Shown here in pieces: positions 1-13,299 of a stretch of 64,000 nucleotides of DNA. The translations under genes and the position numbers were made by a program. This DNA is from Azolla caroliniana. Taxonomy: Eukaryota; Plantae; Polypodiophyta. Position 1 is the first letter of the stretch, and each line of letters begins with the position of its first letter. The DNA lies in the NCBI GenBank assembly GCA_043228905.1, contig JBHGNT010000008.1, forward strand, positions 1,736,001 to 1,800,000. The letters run 5' to 3'. Below the pieces are notes generated by a model. The model worked only from the letters and a program-made list of their open reading frames with translations, was not told the origin of the DNA and did no database searches.

Positions 1-1779
1 AAGCTCGTGTAAGTCGAGATATCATTTTCAACGAGTCTGCATCATGGTACGCACCAAAAACAACTTTGACTCTGACTCCGCTCGACCTAGAATCCAACGA
101 AATGGAGGTAGAAGATAGAGATCAGCTCATGGGCATGCTTGAAGAAAGCCCGATTACGACACGACTTAGTGGACCACTGGAGCTCCCAAGTGACCAAAGC
201 ACATTTGGACCAAGTCCAAAACTTGACAAAGGGAAGGCCAAGATGTCCGAATATGAAGATCCAATCGAGAACGCATCAACTCACTCCCTTGACAATGAGT
301 TCGAAGGCCTGCACATCCCAATCATCCAGACAAATGGAGTGAAGAAAGCCTTAGTATCCGCAAACGAGAAGCTCTGTTGATCGACCTGTGAAAAGAACCC
401 CGTAAGCCGCTTCGGCTACAACGATTATATGACGTACCATTATGCCTTCATGATGAAGGTAGCGTCAGTACGGGAGCTGGAGACGCATTCCGAAGCCGTA
501 AAGGATCCACGATGGGTCAATGCGATGCATGACGAAATGGAAGCATTCTGCAAAAATGAGACATGGGATCTCATCCCTCACACGCCGCACAAGAAAGTGA
601 TTGATTGTCAATGGATTTAGAAAGTGAAACACAATGCTGACGGCTCCGTAAATCGCTTCAAAGCACGGCTCGTTGCAAAAGGATACACGCAAACACACGA
701 CGTAGACTACGAAGAGACCTTTGCCCCAGTGGCAAAGATGACCATCGTGAGGACCGTAATTGCTCTTGCAGCAGCAAAAGGATGGCACCTCCACTAGATG
801 GATGCGAAAAACTCCTTCCTCCAAGGAGAATTAGAAGAGGAAGTATATAGGATTCAACCACCCAGATTTGAATCGTGTAGTCATCCACACATCGTATGCC
901 ACCTCAAGAAGCCACTATACTGCCTCAAACAAGCACCCCGTGCGTGGCACTCGAAGATCACGCGGTATCTTCATCAAATCGGATTTCGAATGTCAAAATC
1001 TCATACTTCCCTGTACATTCGAAACGAGTCGGATAGCCCGATTGTCATCATCCTTTACGTGGATGATTTGGTCATCAGAGGAAAGGATCTCGTCGAGATT
1101 AACAAAGTTAAATCTCTTCTCTCTAGCCAATTCGAAATGAAAGACCTGCACGAGCTCCATTACTTCTTAGGCATTGAAGTAATTCGGACACCAGTTAGAA
1201 TAATGATCTCTCAATGGCACTACGTTCTCAACTTGCTCTACAAGTTCGGAATGACCGAATGCAAACCTGTGTCCACCCCTCTCGATCATAATCTCAAGAT
1301 GGATGCCGATTCCGGCACATCTGTGTGCGAGTCAACTGATCGGTAGCTTAATCTATCTCACCATTACGCGACCTGATCTCAGTTATTCAGTCCGCCTACT
1401 TAACCAATTCATGCAGCGTCCGCGAAACCTTCATCTCGATTGTGCTAATAGGATACACCGGTATGTCAGTACTATGATGGATTACAACATTATGTATAAG
1501 TCAAATACGACCATTCGCTCGAAGGATACACAGACGCGGACTGGGCAGGCTACAAAATGGATAGACGATCCACATCTGGATTTGTCTTCTCCCTCGGCAG
1601 TGGAGCGATCTCTTGGAGCAGTAAGAAGCAACAGACAGTCGCATTGTCGAGCACGGAAGCCGAATATAGGGGTGTGGCAGTCGCCACATGTGAAGCCGTA
1701 TGGCTCAAGCGCATACTGAAGGATTTGGGCGTTCCCATTATGGATCCAATTCGCCTCTTTTGTGACAACATGAGCAACA

Positions 1780-1780
<1 letters not shown>
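1..1780 (+). mobile_element. Ty1/copia pol fragment (integrase C-terminus, RT, RNase H), degenerate and 3'-truncated
   Basis: Translations contain [20 protein letters not shown] and [19 protein letters not shown] with stops and frameshifts. Clearly related to the copia at 34061-39614. Ends abruptly at a microsatellite. Confidence 0.93.

Positions 1781-1841
<61 letters not shown>
1780..1841. repeat. Compound (CT)n(CA)n microsatellite
   Basis: Directly visible. Confidence 0.97.
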
Positions 1842-1844
<3 letters not shown>

Positions 1845-3629
1845 GTCCTTCCGCTGCATCTCAACCATTCTTGCTCCTCATTTTGTTTACAAAGGTCAGT
1901 TCTATGCTTCTTCTCATTCTCTAGGTTACCTCTCTAGACTCTCTATCAAACATATTATCTATGAATTTCATTCTTAGAAACCATCTCAAACATCATTGCA
2001 CCACATGCATTCAAATAATGATCTAGACCTATAGAAACCTAGAGTTTTATGTATTTCTATATGGATTATATGAATTCAACCATGTTTGGTTATTTTGGCC
2101 CTAGTAGACATTAATATATCTTTATTTCTTTCTCTCTCCAAGTAGATTAATACTAAGGGCTTTATACTTAGCCTTCAACTAGTCCCCTGCATGAGCTTGA
2201 AACTCCTTGGTTAATGTAAGCATGCATTTTCTTAAGTATTTCTTTTATTTGGTTATGTATTTTAATCCAATTAAGCAGGTAGTTAAGTTAGTTACAATGC
2301 CATTAATTAAGTGATTGGGTGATTGAGTATAGATTCATTCTAAGACCTAACATTATCATTGTTGGCTTTGAAACACCTAACAACTAATTCCACTAACATC
2401 ACTAGCAATAGGGTAGACGACAATTTAGTCCTGCATCACCACCATGGTAAGGAGGTATAACACCAACCAAGAATAAGATCCGCCTTCGGTGCTACACACC
2501 TCAAATTGACACAATTGTCAAAACCCATTCTTCATTGGCACCTCCCAAGTCAAGAATTAACCATTGTAAATTGTGCAACACCCATTATTGCTCTGCTAGA
2601 ACTTAAGCATATGAAAGGAGTACATGGGCTTCATACTAAGTCCTTCAAACAAAAATCAAGGATCTGTTGAAACCTTAAGATATTCCAATGCTTGGAGTTC
2701 CATTTTTCTACAACATTATCATGGCATTATATTGATGAGAACCAAATTTGCATTATGTTCTACTTTCCTGTTGACATACTTTGGAGTACATGCATTGAGG
2801 ACAATTAGAGAGATACATGTTCTATTTTCAAAAAGGTCGTGGCTATGAGGATTGTAAAGAGGTTGACCCATCACATACTCTAGCAAGGGTAACATTTTTT
2901 TGAATGTGTAAATGGTTGACATATAACTAGTAAATCATAGCCTATAAGAGAGGGAAGTCAACGGATTCCATAAAAGTATGTGCCACCAAAATGGTGCATA
3001 AGATCATCAGTGCACATTTTAAATATGTCTAAGGCATCACCAGATTACACTAGGCTCAAAGTCATAAGGTGCCCCATGAATATATCTTTATTATAATTTC
3101 AAGGTTTGATATCACAAAATGTCTTCACGAACGTTGTCACGTGGGATGTGATTAAAGAGATGTCATTATCATGCCAAACTTAAATTTTGTGATGAAATAC
3201 CCCACAATGTTGCAACTTGCACAAGGCATGATTATCTTGTCGTCCCTCAAAGGGTTACAAGCACTCTTATGCCCATTGGTGATGTCCTCAATAACCCCAT
3301 GACACTCAAGAACTACATTGCAATAAGGATAAAGTAACATTTTTATAATGGTTCGCTGATGAGTCTTCATTAGATGTGTCATCTTTGTATATTGATGAAC
3401 AACCATCTTCAAGATAGAATCAAAACACAAGGTGGGAAATCCCATCGCCTAGTTCTTAACTGTATGTATCAAGAAGGTCTGATGATATATTCAACCTTCT
3501 CCCTTTGTTATCTCTTCAAATTCGCCACTAATCCATTGAGAAGTACACATTCATTTTAAAAATCGAAATTTCTCAAGGATTAGGTATAAAATGATGTTTT
3601 GAAGATTCCCTACATGGATCTCAAAGTTA

Positions 3630-4120
3630 ATTTCCATTACAAAGAACCCCAAAATTGAAAAACCATAGGACATGATTGATTATCTTTAACAACCTAGAAC
3701 CTGAAAACTTGGTTGACACGCCAACTTCCAAAACCGTTTTCCAATGTTGATAACGATTTATTAAAGCCTTCAAGAGGTTTCTTTTGATTCCATGATCAAA
3801 TCTTCTTTCAATATAAAACAAACAAGCAAGACAAACAAGAATAGCATCGCCTTCCAGGAAGACGCTATATAGATTTCAATATAACAACAATCATTCGCTC
3901 ACTTGGGTATCCACTACTCTTGATAATATTTGAGCCGCATGGAAACAACATCTTTGCATATACAATAAATAGTAGAATCCCAACTTTTGATCAAGAGAAA
4001 ATTTGGTTCTTTAATGCTGCATATGCCATTGATACAACTCCTGAACTCTTGGAAATATGTTCAATCTCAGTCTCACCATTCTCATTTTCAATTTTGAGTG
4101 GATGGTCATCGCCATAGTTT
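3630..4120 (-). pseudogene. Unidentified degenerate reading frame (also ~22157-22650)
   Basis: One minus frame stays largely open for ~160 codons in AT-rich DNA (...WLSCLLVYIERRFDHG...). No family recognised. Confidence 0.3.
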
Positions 4121-4488
4121 TACAAAATAATTTATCATGTGGTTAAGATCCTTTTTTAGGTCTTGCTAATCATAAATCCATCTTTTACAACATAATCTTT
4201 GTACACAAAAAGAACAAATGATATCGTCTTAAAATAAAATCATACAGATAATCAATCACAAGGACACTCTTTACACGGAATAACAAACAATATTTTATTA
4301 GAACGAAATGATGACGATGAAAGTATATGAGGAGACTGAAGTGAATCCTCTGGATATGTCAATCCTTATTGCTATATACAAAGAGAGGACACTCTTTATT
4401 GTATTTGAAATCTATTGTGCACACCAATTGAAATGAAACTTAGCATGGTACATAGGAAGCTTAACATAAAAAATTAGTTTGTAGCCCC

Positions 4489-5393
4489 TTAGCATCGGCA
4501 AGGATTGCATGAGCAGCTGCTTCCACAGCTGCACCCATGCTGGCTCGTGGCCTGACCATCGGATTCACATCCACAAGAGCTTCCACACCCGCAGTTGGAT
4601 CCACACCCACAAGACTCACCGGAGACAGTCACCTCCACCTCCACCTCCATCCTGCTTCATTCATGTTTGCTTAAAAATCTTAGAACCATTGGAAAAAATA
4701 TCTTTTACGTACATACATAAATACATATAAAATGTGTTTGTTGCTTATGTTACATTAATTATGAAGACATGGTTACGATGATGATTGTCCCATATTTGCC
4801 TCACCATCACATCATACATACAGAATACATGGTGACAATGTTGTCCCATGTTGACCTCACCATCACATCAACATACACATACATACATACATAAGCTATG
4901 GAATGAATGTATGCATCTTTTATGTGGTAGAAGAAAGCATAAGGATGTAAAATAAAAGCAAAAGAGGAAGGTAAAAAAGACCAAAGGATTTTTTTTGGAA
5001 AGCCTCATCCATGATTCTTGCATATATATGAATGCATTTTCCATGTGGTAGTGTAGGAGGTTAAAAACAAATTACAATGAAAAAATCGGGTAAAAAGGGA
5101 TGGAATCTTCACTACAAGGAATTAAGAATATGGAAGCCTTTTCATGTGGCAAATCCAATAATATGTCAGAGAAAAGGCAAAGGCAAAAAGCAAGAAAATA
5201 GCAAACCTTTTTTCCAAATAAATTTTAAAAAAGCACCAAAAAAGTAGAATAGAAAAAAAAATAGCAACAAATGCGATGGAACCATTTTCATGTGACAATA
5301 GGATGCAAAAATATAAGAAAAAAAAATGAACAGGGGAAATCAGGTGATGAAGCTCTAACATCACCTGGATACACTATCACAGCTGGAAGACAT
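4489..5393 (-). CDS. Metallothionein, 2 exons (5393-5365, 4651-4489), 63 aa: MSSSCDSVSR-MEVEVEVTVSGESCGCGSNCGCGSSCGCESDGQATSQHGCSCGSSCSCNPCRC
   Basis: Six CxC motifs in two clusters with a plant-MT-type C-terminus (CSCGSSCSCNPCxC). ATG in ACCACCATG context. A phase-2 GT donor and AG acceptor splice in frame (713-nt intron). TAA stop at 4489-4491. Confidence 0.9.
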
Positions 5394-5565
5394 GGTGGTA
5401 TTGCTTTCTTTCAGAGTAAAAATGTATGAATTTGATTTGATTGAAAGGAAGGATATGGATGTGTCTTAGATATATATGTGGGTCTTTTTGCTCTGTTCGT
5501 GTCTTTCTCTCTACTTTTGTCTTTGGTAAATGATAATGGAGACCTTGGTGTTACCTTTTGGTGCC

Positions 5566-5573
5566 TATTTATA
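5566..5573 (-). promoter_or_regulatory. TATA box (TATAAATA) of metallothionein copy A
   Basis: CTATAAATAG on the minus strand ~175 bp upstream of the ATG, conserved in copy B. Confidence 0.6.
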
Positions 5574-6573
5574 GCACTACATTAGGCCCAAGCCTAGAAC
5601 CTTTTTTTCTTCTTTTGAAATTTATTTATTGCTATAATCAAATGTTTTGATTCTCATCCCTCATCTCATTCTTCATTCCTCTGGGATGATACTCCACCAT
5701 CTCCGGGTCCTCAGGGGAGAGATCATGGAGGTCCTACCCTACCTAGGGTTTGCTCGTCTGTCCCCACACATACATTATTGATTGGTAATGGAAAGATTCG
5801 GTATGAATTCCATGAAAAGAAACGGTATTGAATTTTTCATCAAGATTGATAGTCTTTACTCATCACCCTCGCGTATCAATTCGGTAACACGATATCATAT
5901 CAGAGTTTATTTGTCATCCTCGGTTATTGGTTTCCAATCAATTGTATCGACACAACTTTTACCGTTGCCTTCAAATGCCGATTTGATTATAATAGATAAG
6001 CTTTATTTGGTACCCTTACACATCTTTTTAGTAACATGATTCAGAAATAAAAAACCCAAAAAAAAGGGCAAAAAAAATTTCAGTTATAGATAAACTCATG
6101 TGCAAATAATAATTAGATCGTGCTACGAAGATAAAGCACATATACAAATAATTTGAACATTATACATTGTATAAAACAAATAAATGTTTCAATGGATGTA
6201 GATAGATTAATGCTATCAAGAATGAATATAGACCAAAACATAATTTAGAATACGAAGATCGTGCAAAAAAAAAAAAAAGCACATCAACCAAATAAATCAA
6301 ACATTAAACACCATATAATACAAATAATTGGAACATTACAACATCTATACATGGACCACATTGATATGATAGAACCTTAAAAAAAACTATTTATTTGATT
6401 AAAAGCAAAAGATTTGTGACAACTACAACAATTGTATCGAGATAAAAATAGTTTACATAGCTATGAGGGTATTTACATCATTGTCATCATCTTCCCTAGA
6501 GAATGATTCACATAACAATTCAACAATGTAAGTTATTTCATCAAGCAATTGGGACAATGAATTGAAAACATAT

Positions 6574-6669
6574 CCGTTCCAGAAAAAAATCTAATATCCA
6601 ATGATTTTCATGAGAGAACATTTCCACCAGACGCATCATCAAACGTTGAGGCTTCTGATAGGGATTGAC
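6574..6669 (-). pseudogene. Degenerate exon resembling a beta-class N4C/N6A DNA methyltransferase (motif X-I region), copy A
   Basis: VNPYQKPQRLMMRLVEMFSHENHWILD(F, 1-nt deletion)SGT. The putative donor reads AT here versus GT in copy B. Confidence 0.6.
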
Positions 6670-6881
6670 AAGTCACATGGATAGTCATTGCTCATTCATA
6701 GTTGGTCATATCTCTATCTGCATGGGTTTCCCCTCCTACTAGTATAATTTGATTAACTCGTTCAGTTTGTCCATCAGATTGAGGATAATCTGCGAAACTC
6801 ATGCTCAACGTAGTTTCTAGTTTCTTAAAAACCTGTGTCCAAAAGTCACTAGTAAACTTGGAATCTTGATGACTAGTAAAC

Positions 6882-7440
6882 TATCATGGAGGTCTAAACT
6901 TCAAGAGTGCACAACTCTGTCTACCACAGAAGCCGATTACATAGCAGCGTCGGAAGGAACGAAGGAAGCAATCTGGCTGCATTGACTGTTTGCCGATTTC
7001 GAAACTGCAAACCGAATAGACCAACCAACGTCGACCATCTATTGCGATTCACAGAGTGCAATACACCTCATCAACAATCCCGTCTACCATGCGAAGACGA
7101 AGCAAATTGAGGTGCAGTATCATCATATCCGGGAGCTCGTGATCGAGAAGAAACTCGAATTGAACATCGAGGTGAACATCGAGGATTGCCTGACGAAGCT
7201 ACTCCCAAATCAACGCTAAGGACGAAGATGGGTGTACAACAAGCGACTGAGCAGAAGAAAGTTAAATGAGGAGCAGAAGGTAAGAATTGACCAACACTCA
7301 TACTATACCTCTGCTGACTCGGCTACTAGCCAACAAACTTGTAACATAAGATCTAGTTAAATTTGTAATCTAGGTTTACGGGGGAGATAACCCCAAGCAC
7401 TTGTACATGCAAGAAAGAGTAGTCCTTTTACGGGGGAGTT
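6882..7440 (+). mobile_element. 3' end (RNase H, 3' UTR, PPT) of a first copia unit sharing the LTR at 7441
   Basis: Near copy of ~11838-12414 placed directly upstream of the LTR at 7441. Confidence 0.88.
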
Positions 7441-10400
7441 TGTTGGCATAAAAGGCCGACTCCTTCCAAGTTGTATTCGTCCGAGTGTGAAGTCGTTAAT
7501 AAGTTAGGGCTTAATATATAAGCGAATACCTAACATTGGAATGAAAACGAGGAAGAAGGCGATTGTAATCTCTGAGAGAGAAAAACGTGTTGTGTAGAAA
7601 TAAGAAGCTTTCCATTAAAGCTGGTATCTGTGTAAGTGTAAATCTACCTTCTCTATCTTTTGTGTGTATGTTGTTTGCTGTTCAAAGCCATAAGATCCGA
7701 ACACACACTTCTGCATAACTGTCGACATTAACCAACAAGTGGTATCAGAGCTGTGTTCTGTTGTGCGGCGACAACAGATAACAGAAGAAGAAGCTGAAAG
7801 AAAAGACCAGGTCAGAGACATCAAATCCACAGAAAGTATATGGCTTCAACATCTGGAATAGGAGTTGAAATCAGAAAGTTTGACGACAAAAACTTTGCCC
7901 TGTAGAAAGAGATGATGTCGGATGTGTTGATTATCCGAAGACAGGTCGAAGCTATTCGGCATAACGAAAAGCCTGCTTGGATGACAACAGAAGAGTGGAG
8001 ATCAATGGACGAAATACCACACTCCACAATTCGAATGCATCTGGCTGAAAAAGTCTATTTCAGCATGGCAAGAGAGACGACAACGTTCTCATTGTGGGAG
8101 AAATTACAGGCCGTATATGAGAAGAAGTCCTCCTCTTAAAAACTGATATTGATCAAACAATTGTTCAACATAAAGATGAAAGAGACCGATCCGACAATCT
8201 CCCACATCAACACCTTCAGTCGGGTGTTGTCACAGCTCTCATCCCAAGGGATCAACTTTGAAGAAGAAGTGAAAGCCCTTGCCCTCCTATCGAGCTTGCC
8301 GGTGAGTTGGGAGGTATTCTGTATGACATATGCCAATAGCCAACCGATCTTGAGTTTGGACGAAACAACCGGCCAAGTCCTCACAGAGGACATCAAGCGA
8401 AAATCGATGGGACTATCTATCAACAAGTCGGCAGAAGCCCACCACTTGACCGAGTCGTTCAACCGATACAATCGACCGAAAGAACAAGCTGACAAAACCG
8501 GTCGACGATATAGTTGATCGAGAACGAGGGGAGACCGACAACGGTCAAAGTCGAAAACCGGCCGAAGAAGCGAGTACTGCACACACTGTAGGAAAGCTGG
8601 CCACAATGTTTCCGACTGTTGTTCAATAAAAAGAAAAGAGAGTGGTCTGCGATCCGAGCAGAATCGGGGATGTTCCGATTCGGACCATTCTCTAGTCAGC
8701 AACCAGATCAATGTTGCCGACACCTGATCCGGAGAAATCCTCTCCCTAGAGGATTCGATGATCGTAGAAGTCCTCTACAGTGCACAAGTTGCACACACAT
8801 GGCTACTAGACTCTGGTGCAACATTTCACGTGACACCCAACGTTGAATGGTTCTCGAACTATTCAGCCGACGCCAACGACACAGTCTGATTGGGAAACGG
8901 GCAGGAGTGCAAGATAGCCGGAACCGGAGAGGTTCCCATCAGATTGCCAAATGGCAACACAATAACCCTGCACCGAGTTCGGCACGTACCTGGTCTAAAG
9001 AGAAGTCTGGTCTCCATCGGCATATTAGCCGAAGACGAGTATCAAACGACTCTACACGAGTCGACATGGGTGATCAGCCGGGGAAACCTAAAAATTGGGA
9101 GTGGGTACAAGTACAACAATCTGTACCCATTGATGGCGATCAACCCTGAAGGGGTCGTGAACGTAGCCGAAAAGACTGACCCGAACCTAGGGCATGGCCG
9201 ACTTGGCCATATGTCACAAGCTGGACTTGATCGGCTGATGTCGGTCGGCTACATCCCGAAACTCCAGGCAAAGACAGACTTCTGTGAGCATTGTCGATTC
9301 AGGAAATAGACCCGAAGTCCGCACTCTCTCCACTAGAGCTCGTGCACATAGACATATGTGGGCCCATGCCAAAGCGATCACTAGGAGGCTCCCGGTACTT
9401 CATCACATTCGTAGATGACTATACACGGAAAGTTTGGGCATACTCCATCAGGTCCAAAGATGAAGCACTCGAGCTTACACTGATATTTGAAGTGGAGAAC
9501 CGGTCGGGACACAGAGTGAAGACACTTCGATCCGACAACGGAGGTGAGTACACCTCTAGAGCCTTCAAATAGTACCTGTCCGAAAAAGGGATCCAGCATC
9601 AAAAGACCGTTCCTTACATACCCATGCAGAATGGGGTGGCTGAACGGATCAACTGAATGATCCAGGAGAGGGTGAGGGCAATGATCCAGTAAGCCAGACT
9701 TAAGTTGGAATTCTGGGCTGAGGCATTGCAGACGATAGTATACCTGATAAATCAGGCGCCGCCAAGAGCAATCAGGCTCGAAGTGCCACAGGCACTATGG
9801 TTAGGCAAACAACCGACCTACAATAGGCTCTGTATATTCGGATGCGAAGCCTACGCATTCATCCCTAGGGACAAAAGGACGAAGTTGGCACCCCATGCAA
9901 AAAAGTGCATATTTCTTGGTTATGGAACCGTTGGGGACTTCGGCTACCGACTATGGGACCCTGAGAACCGGAAATTGATCCGGAGCAACGACGTAGTCTT
10001 CAATGAAGACTCTATCTTCTCTCAACAGAACCAATAGAAAACTGTTGGTAAGAAGGTAACCTTTGAAGATTGCAACACTGTCATGGAAGGACCGACCAAC
10101 TGGGCCGAATCGGAGACACGAAAATCAGTCGAACTCCAACAAACTGCCAACGTCCCAGCCGACACCAAATCGGCAATAAGTCCCAACGTCAAACTCAAAG
10201 ACAAAGCCCAATCGACAAGAGTCTACAAAGGCAGAGTCACTAAGAGGGAAGTCAGTACCGAGTCAACGACAACCACAAGGGAGAATAACCAGACACCGCC
10301 GAAATCCCAAACAGGGGGCAGAATACCAAACAAGACTCCTGACTCAACTGGTTCAACAAATGCCGATCGTCAAAAAGGATCGATCGAAGAATCTGAACTA

Positions 10401-12711
10401 GATATTACGGCACCTAGGAGATCTGGATGAGCTCGAAGGCAAACCGAGTTTTATCAACCGGGCCTCGACTACGTCAACTACACGGATGTAGGCGAACCAA
10501 GCACGTATTATGAAGCTATGGCCACACCGAACTCCGAAACATGGTTGCGAGCTAGGAAATCCGAAATGGACTTGATTCATCTGAATCAGACATTGGAGCT
10601 GGTTGAACTACCAGCACGAAGAAAGCCGCTACCTTGCAAATGGGTGTTCCGATACAAGTATGTATTCGACTCAGAGACACCCAAGTACAAATCTCGGCTT
10701 GTCGCGGAAGGATTCAAACAGGAATACGGGGTCGACTACGACGAGATATTCTCACCAATAGTCAAGATGACCACCCTCCGACTCCTACTAGGAATCGTAG
10801 CGACAGAAGACCTAGAGCTCGAGCAGATGGACGTAAAGACAACATTGCTACACGGAGATCTAGAAGAAGACATTTACATTTCTCAACTGACAGTCTTCAC
10901 GGTGACGGGGGAGGACAATCATCTCGTATGTCGACTAAAGAAAAGTCTATATGGACTCAAACAAGCGTCGAGAATGTGGTACTAGAAGTTCGACTCCCAC
11001 ATAAGGCAGCTTGGATACAACAGATCACACGCTGACCCATTCATGTATGTTCGACAACTGGCCGATGAGTCCAGGATCTACCTGAACCTTTATGTCGACG
11101 ACATGCTAATTACAGGGAGCAATCAAGGAGAGATCGGAAAGCTCAAGCGGAGCCTTCACGCAAAATTCGCGATCAAGGAACTAGGACAAGCCCGACACAT
11201 ATTGGGCATGAGGATAGAGCGAAATCGGATGACCAAGACTCTTCGACTCTCCCAATCTGACTACATCCGCAAGGTGCTAAAGCGCTTCAATATGGAGAAC
11301 GCAAAGCCATCACCGACCCTAGACAAGATCGACAACGAGAAGCAACCGGACAAAGATCGCGGTGATGTGGAAAGTGAAGAAAGTGGACTTCAACTTGTAG
11401 TCGACATAAGGAGAGAATCAGAGAGTGCTACGGATGAGGGTGAATAATGAGCATCGGGAACTTCGGCACCCACCGCTTCTAGCGTTGATCAGACTATCGG
11501 ATAGAGACTCTCCTGCAACGGACAAGGAGAGAGAGTGCAATGGAAAGATACCCTATGCATCGGTAGTAGGAAGTATAATGTACGCAATGGTGGCGACCCG
11601 ACACGACCTAGCCTATGCCGAGGGTGGTCAGCCGGTACATGTCAAACCCAGTGAAGAAGCATTGGGAGGCCGTCAAGAAAATTCTTAGGTATCTGAAAGG
11701 AACCACGAATGCACAGATGACATTCGGTTCGACAACATCAACCGAAATCGAAGGCTACACCGACTCCGACTATGCCGGAAACACGGACAATCAGAAATCA
11801 ACATCAGGCTACATCTTCACCTATGGTGGCGGTGCAATATCATGGAGGTCTAAACTTCAAGAGTGCACAACTCTGTCTACCACAGAAGCCGAGTACATAG
11901 CAGTGTCGGAAGCAGGAAAGGAAGCAATCTGGCTGCATGACTGTTTGCCGATTTCGGAACTGCAAACCGAGTAGACCAACCAGCACCGACCATCTATTGC
12001 GACTCACAAAGCACAATACACCTCATCAACAATCCCGTCTACCATGCGAAGAGGAAGCACATTGAGGTGTGGTATCATCATATCTGGGAGCTTGTGACCG
12101 AGAGGAAACTCGAAGTCCGGAAGATCGACACCGAGGTGAACATCGTCGATTGCTTGACGAAGCCACTCCCAGATCAACGCTTCGGAATGCTAAGGACGAA
12201 GATGGGGCTACGACAAGCGAATGAGTAGAAGAAAGCCGAACAAGGAGCAAAAGGTAAGAACTGACTGACACTCATACTATACCTCGACTGACTCAGCTAC
12301 TTGCCGACAGACTTGTAACATAAGATCTAGTTACATTTGTAATCTTGGTTTATGGGGGAGATAACCCCAAGCACTTGTACATGCAAGAAAGAGTAGTCCT
12401 TTTACGGGGGAGTTTGTTGGCATAAAAGGCCGACTCCTTCCAAGTTGTATCTGTCCGAGTGTGAACTCGTTAATAAGTTAGGGCTTAGTATATAAGCGAA
12501 TATCTAACATTGTAATGAAGACGAAGAAGAAGATAATTGTAATCACTAAGACAGAAAAACACGTTGTGCAGAAATAAGAAGCTTTCCATTAGAGTTGGTA
12601 TCTGTGTAAGTCTAAATCTGCCTTCTCTATCTTCTGTGTGTATGTTGTTTGTTGTTCATAGCCATAATATCTGAACACACACTTCCGCATAACTGTCGAC
12701 ATTAACCAACA
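7441..12711 (+). mobile_element. Ty1/copia (Tnt1/Tork-like) full-length degenerate element
   Basis: 297-bp TG..CA LTRs at 7441-7737 and 12415-12711. PBS TGGTATCAGAGC (tRNA-iMet) at 7740. PPT before 12415. gag, CCHC, WLLDSGA protease, integrase, RT (YVDDM) and RNase H, all with many stops. Confidence 0.95.
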
Positions 12712-13299
12712 CTAACAATATCCATCGGTAATCCATAAAAAACGAAATAACTCATCCACAAATTGATAAGACAATTGTTGAGTGATTACCATGGTTTTGT
12801 TAGTCAGTGAATGATAAAACAAATGGCATTATGACCCCTCTATGTACGAGCTAAACTAACAATAAAATCCATCGAGATACTTTCTCGTTTGTTGTTGGGA
12901 TTATCTATAGGATGCAAAAGACTAGCACCTTTCAATTATTTAGACTTATTAATATTTTATTGTAAGCATTGAGTCATGTATTTATGCACGTCAAAGCGCA
13001 TCTTAGGCCAGAAAAATAAGTCAAGATGAGGACGCTTGTGCGTTGTATTCCAAGATGACCAGCAGATGGTGCATCATGACATTCATGAAGAATTTTCTAT
13101 TTCACATTTGGTAAATCTAGAACACGGACCTTTGCACTATGGTAGAGTTTGTAATGTGAAAGGTCGTCTTCGAGGGTAGGGTGCTAGTGACGGTATCTAA
13201 ACCAGATTCAGGTTTCGTCTAGAATTTCGAGAAATAAATTTCAACAAGGTATTTCCCTCGAAGGTGATCTAAAAGATAAGATTTTATTTCCATGAAGCT

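Larger units (their letters stand above)
6740..12915 (-). mobile_element. Ty3/gypsy integrase remnant (6740-6875 and 12712-12915), split by the copia insertion
   Basis: SKFTSDFWTQVFKKL...DYPQSDGQTERVNQII. Contiguous in copy B at ~26195-26540. Confidence 0.8.

Noticed and set aside
3700-3850. hAT dimerisation domain (CLLVYIER...) or a cysteine-protease Cys box
   Set aside because: The similarity is limited to a few residues and upstream hAT motifs (ERxFS) were not seen.
4415-4425. Metal-response element TGCACAC near the MT gene
   Set aside because: It lies downstream of the stop codon, is a single 7-mer, and could occur by chance.
4509-4730. Plus-strand His/Pro-rich ORF (also 23037-23258)
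   Set aside because: It is the antisense shadow of metallothionein exon 2.
5110-5120. CACTACAAG as a CACTA terminus
   Set aside because: It lies inside the MT intron, is not conserved in copy B (CACCACAAG), and has no partner end.
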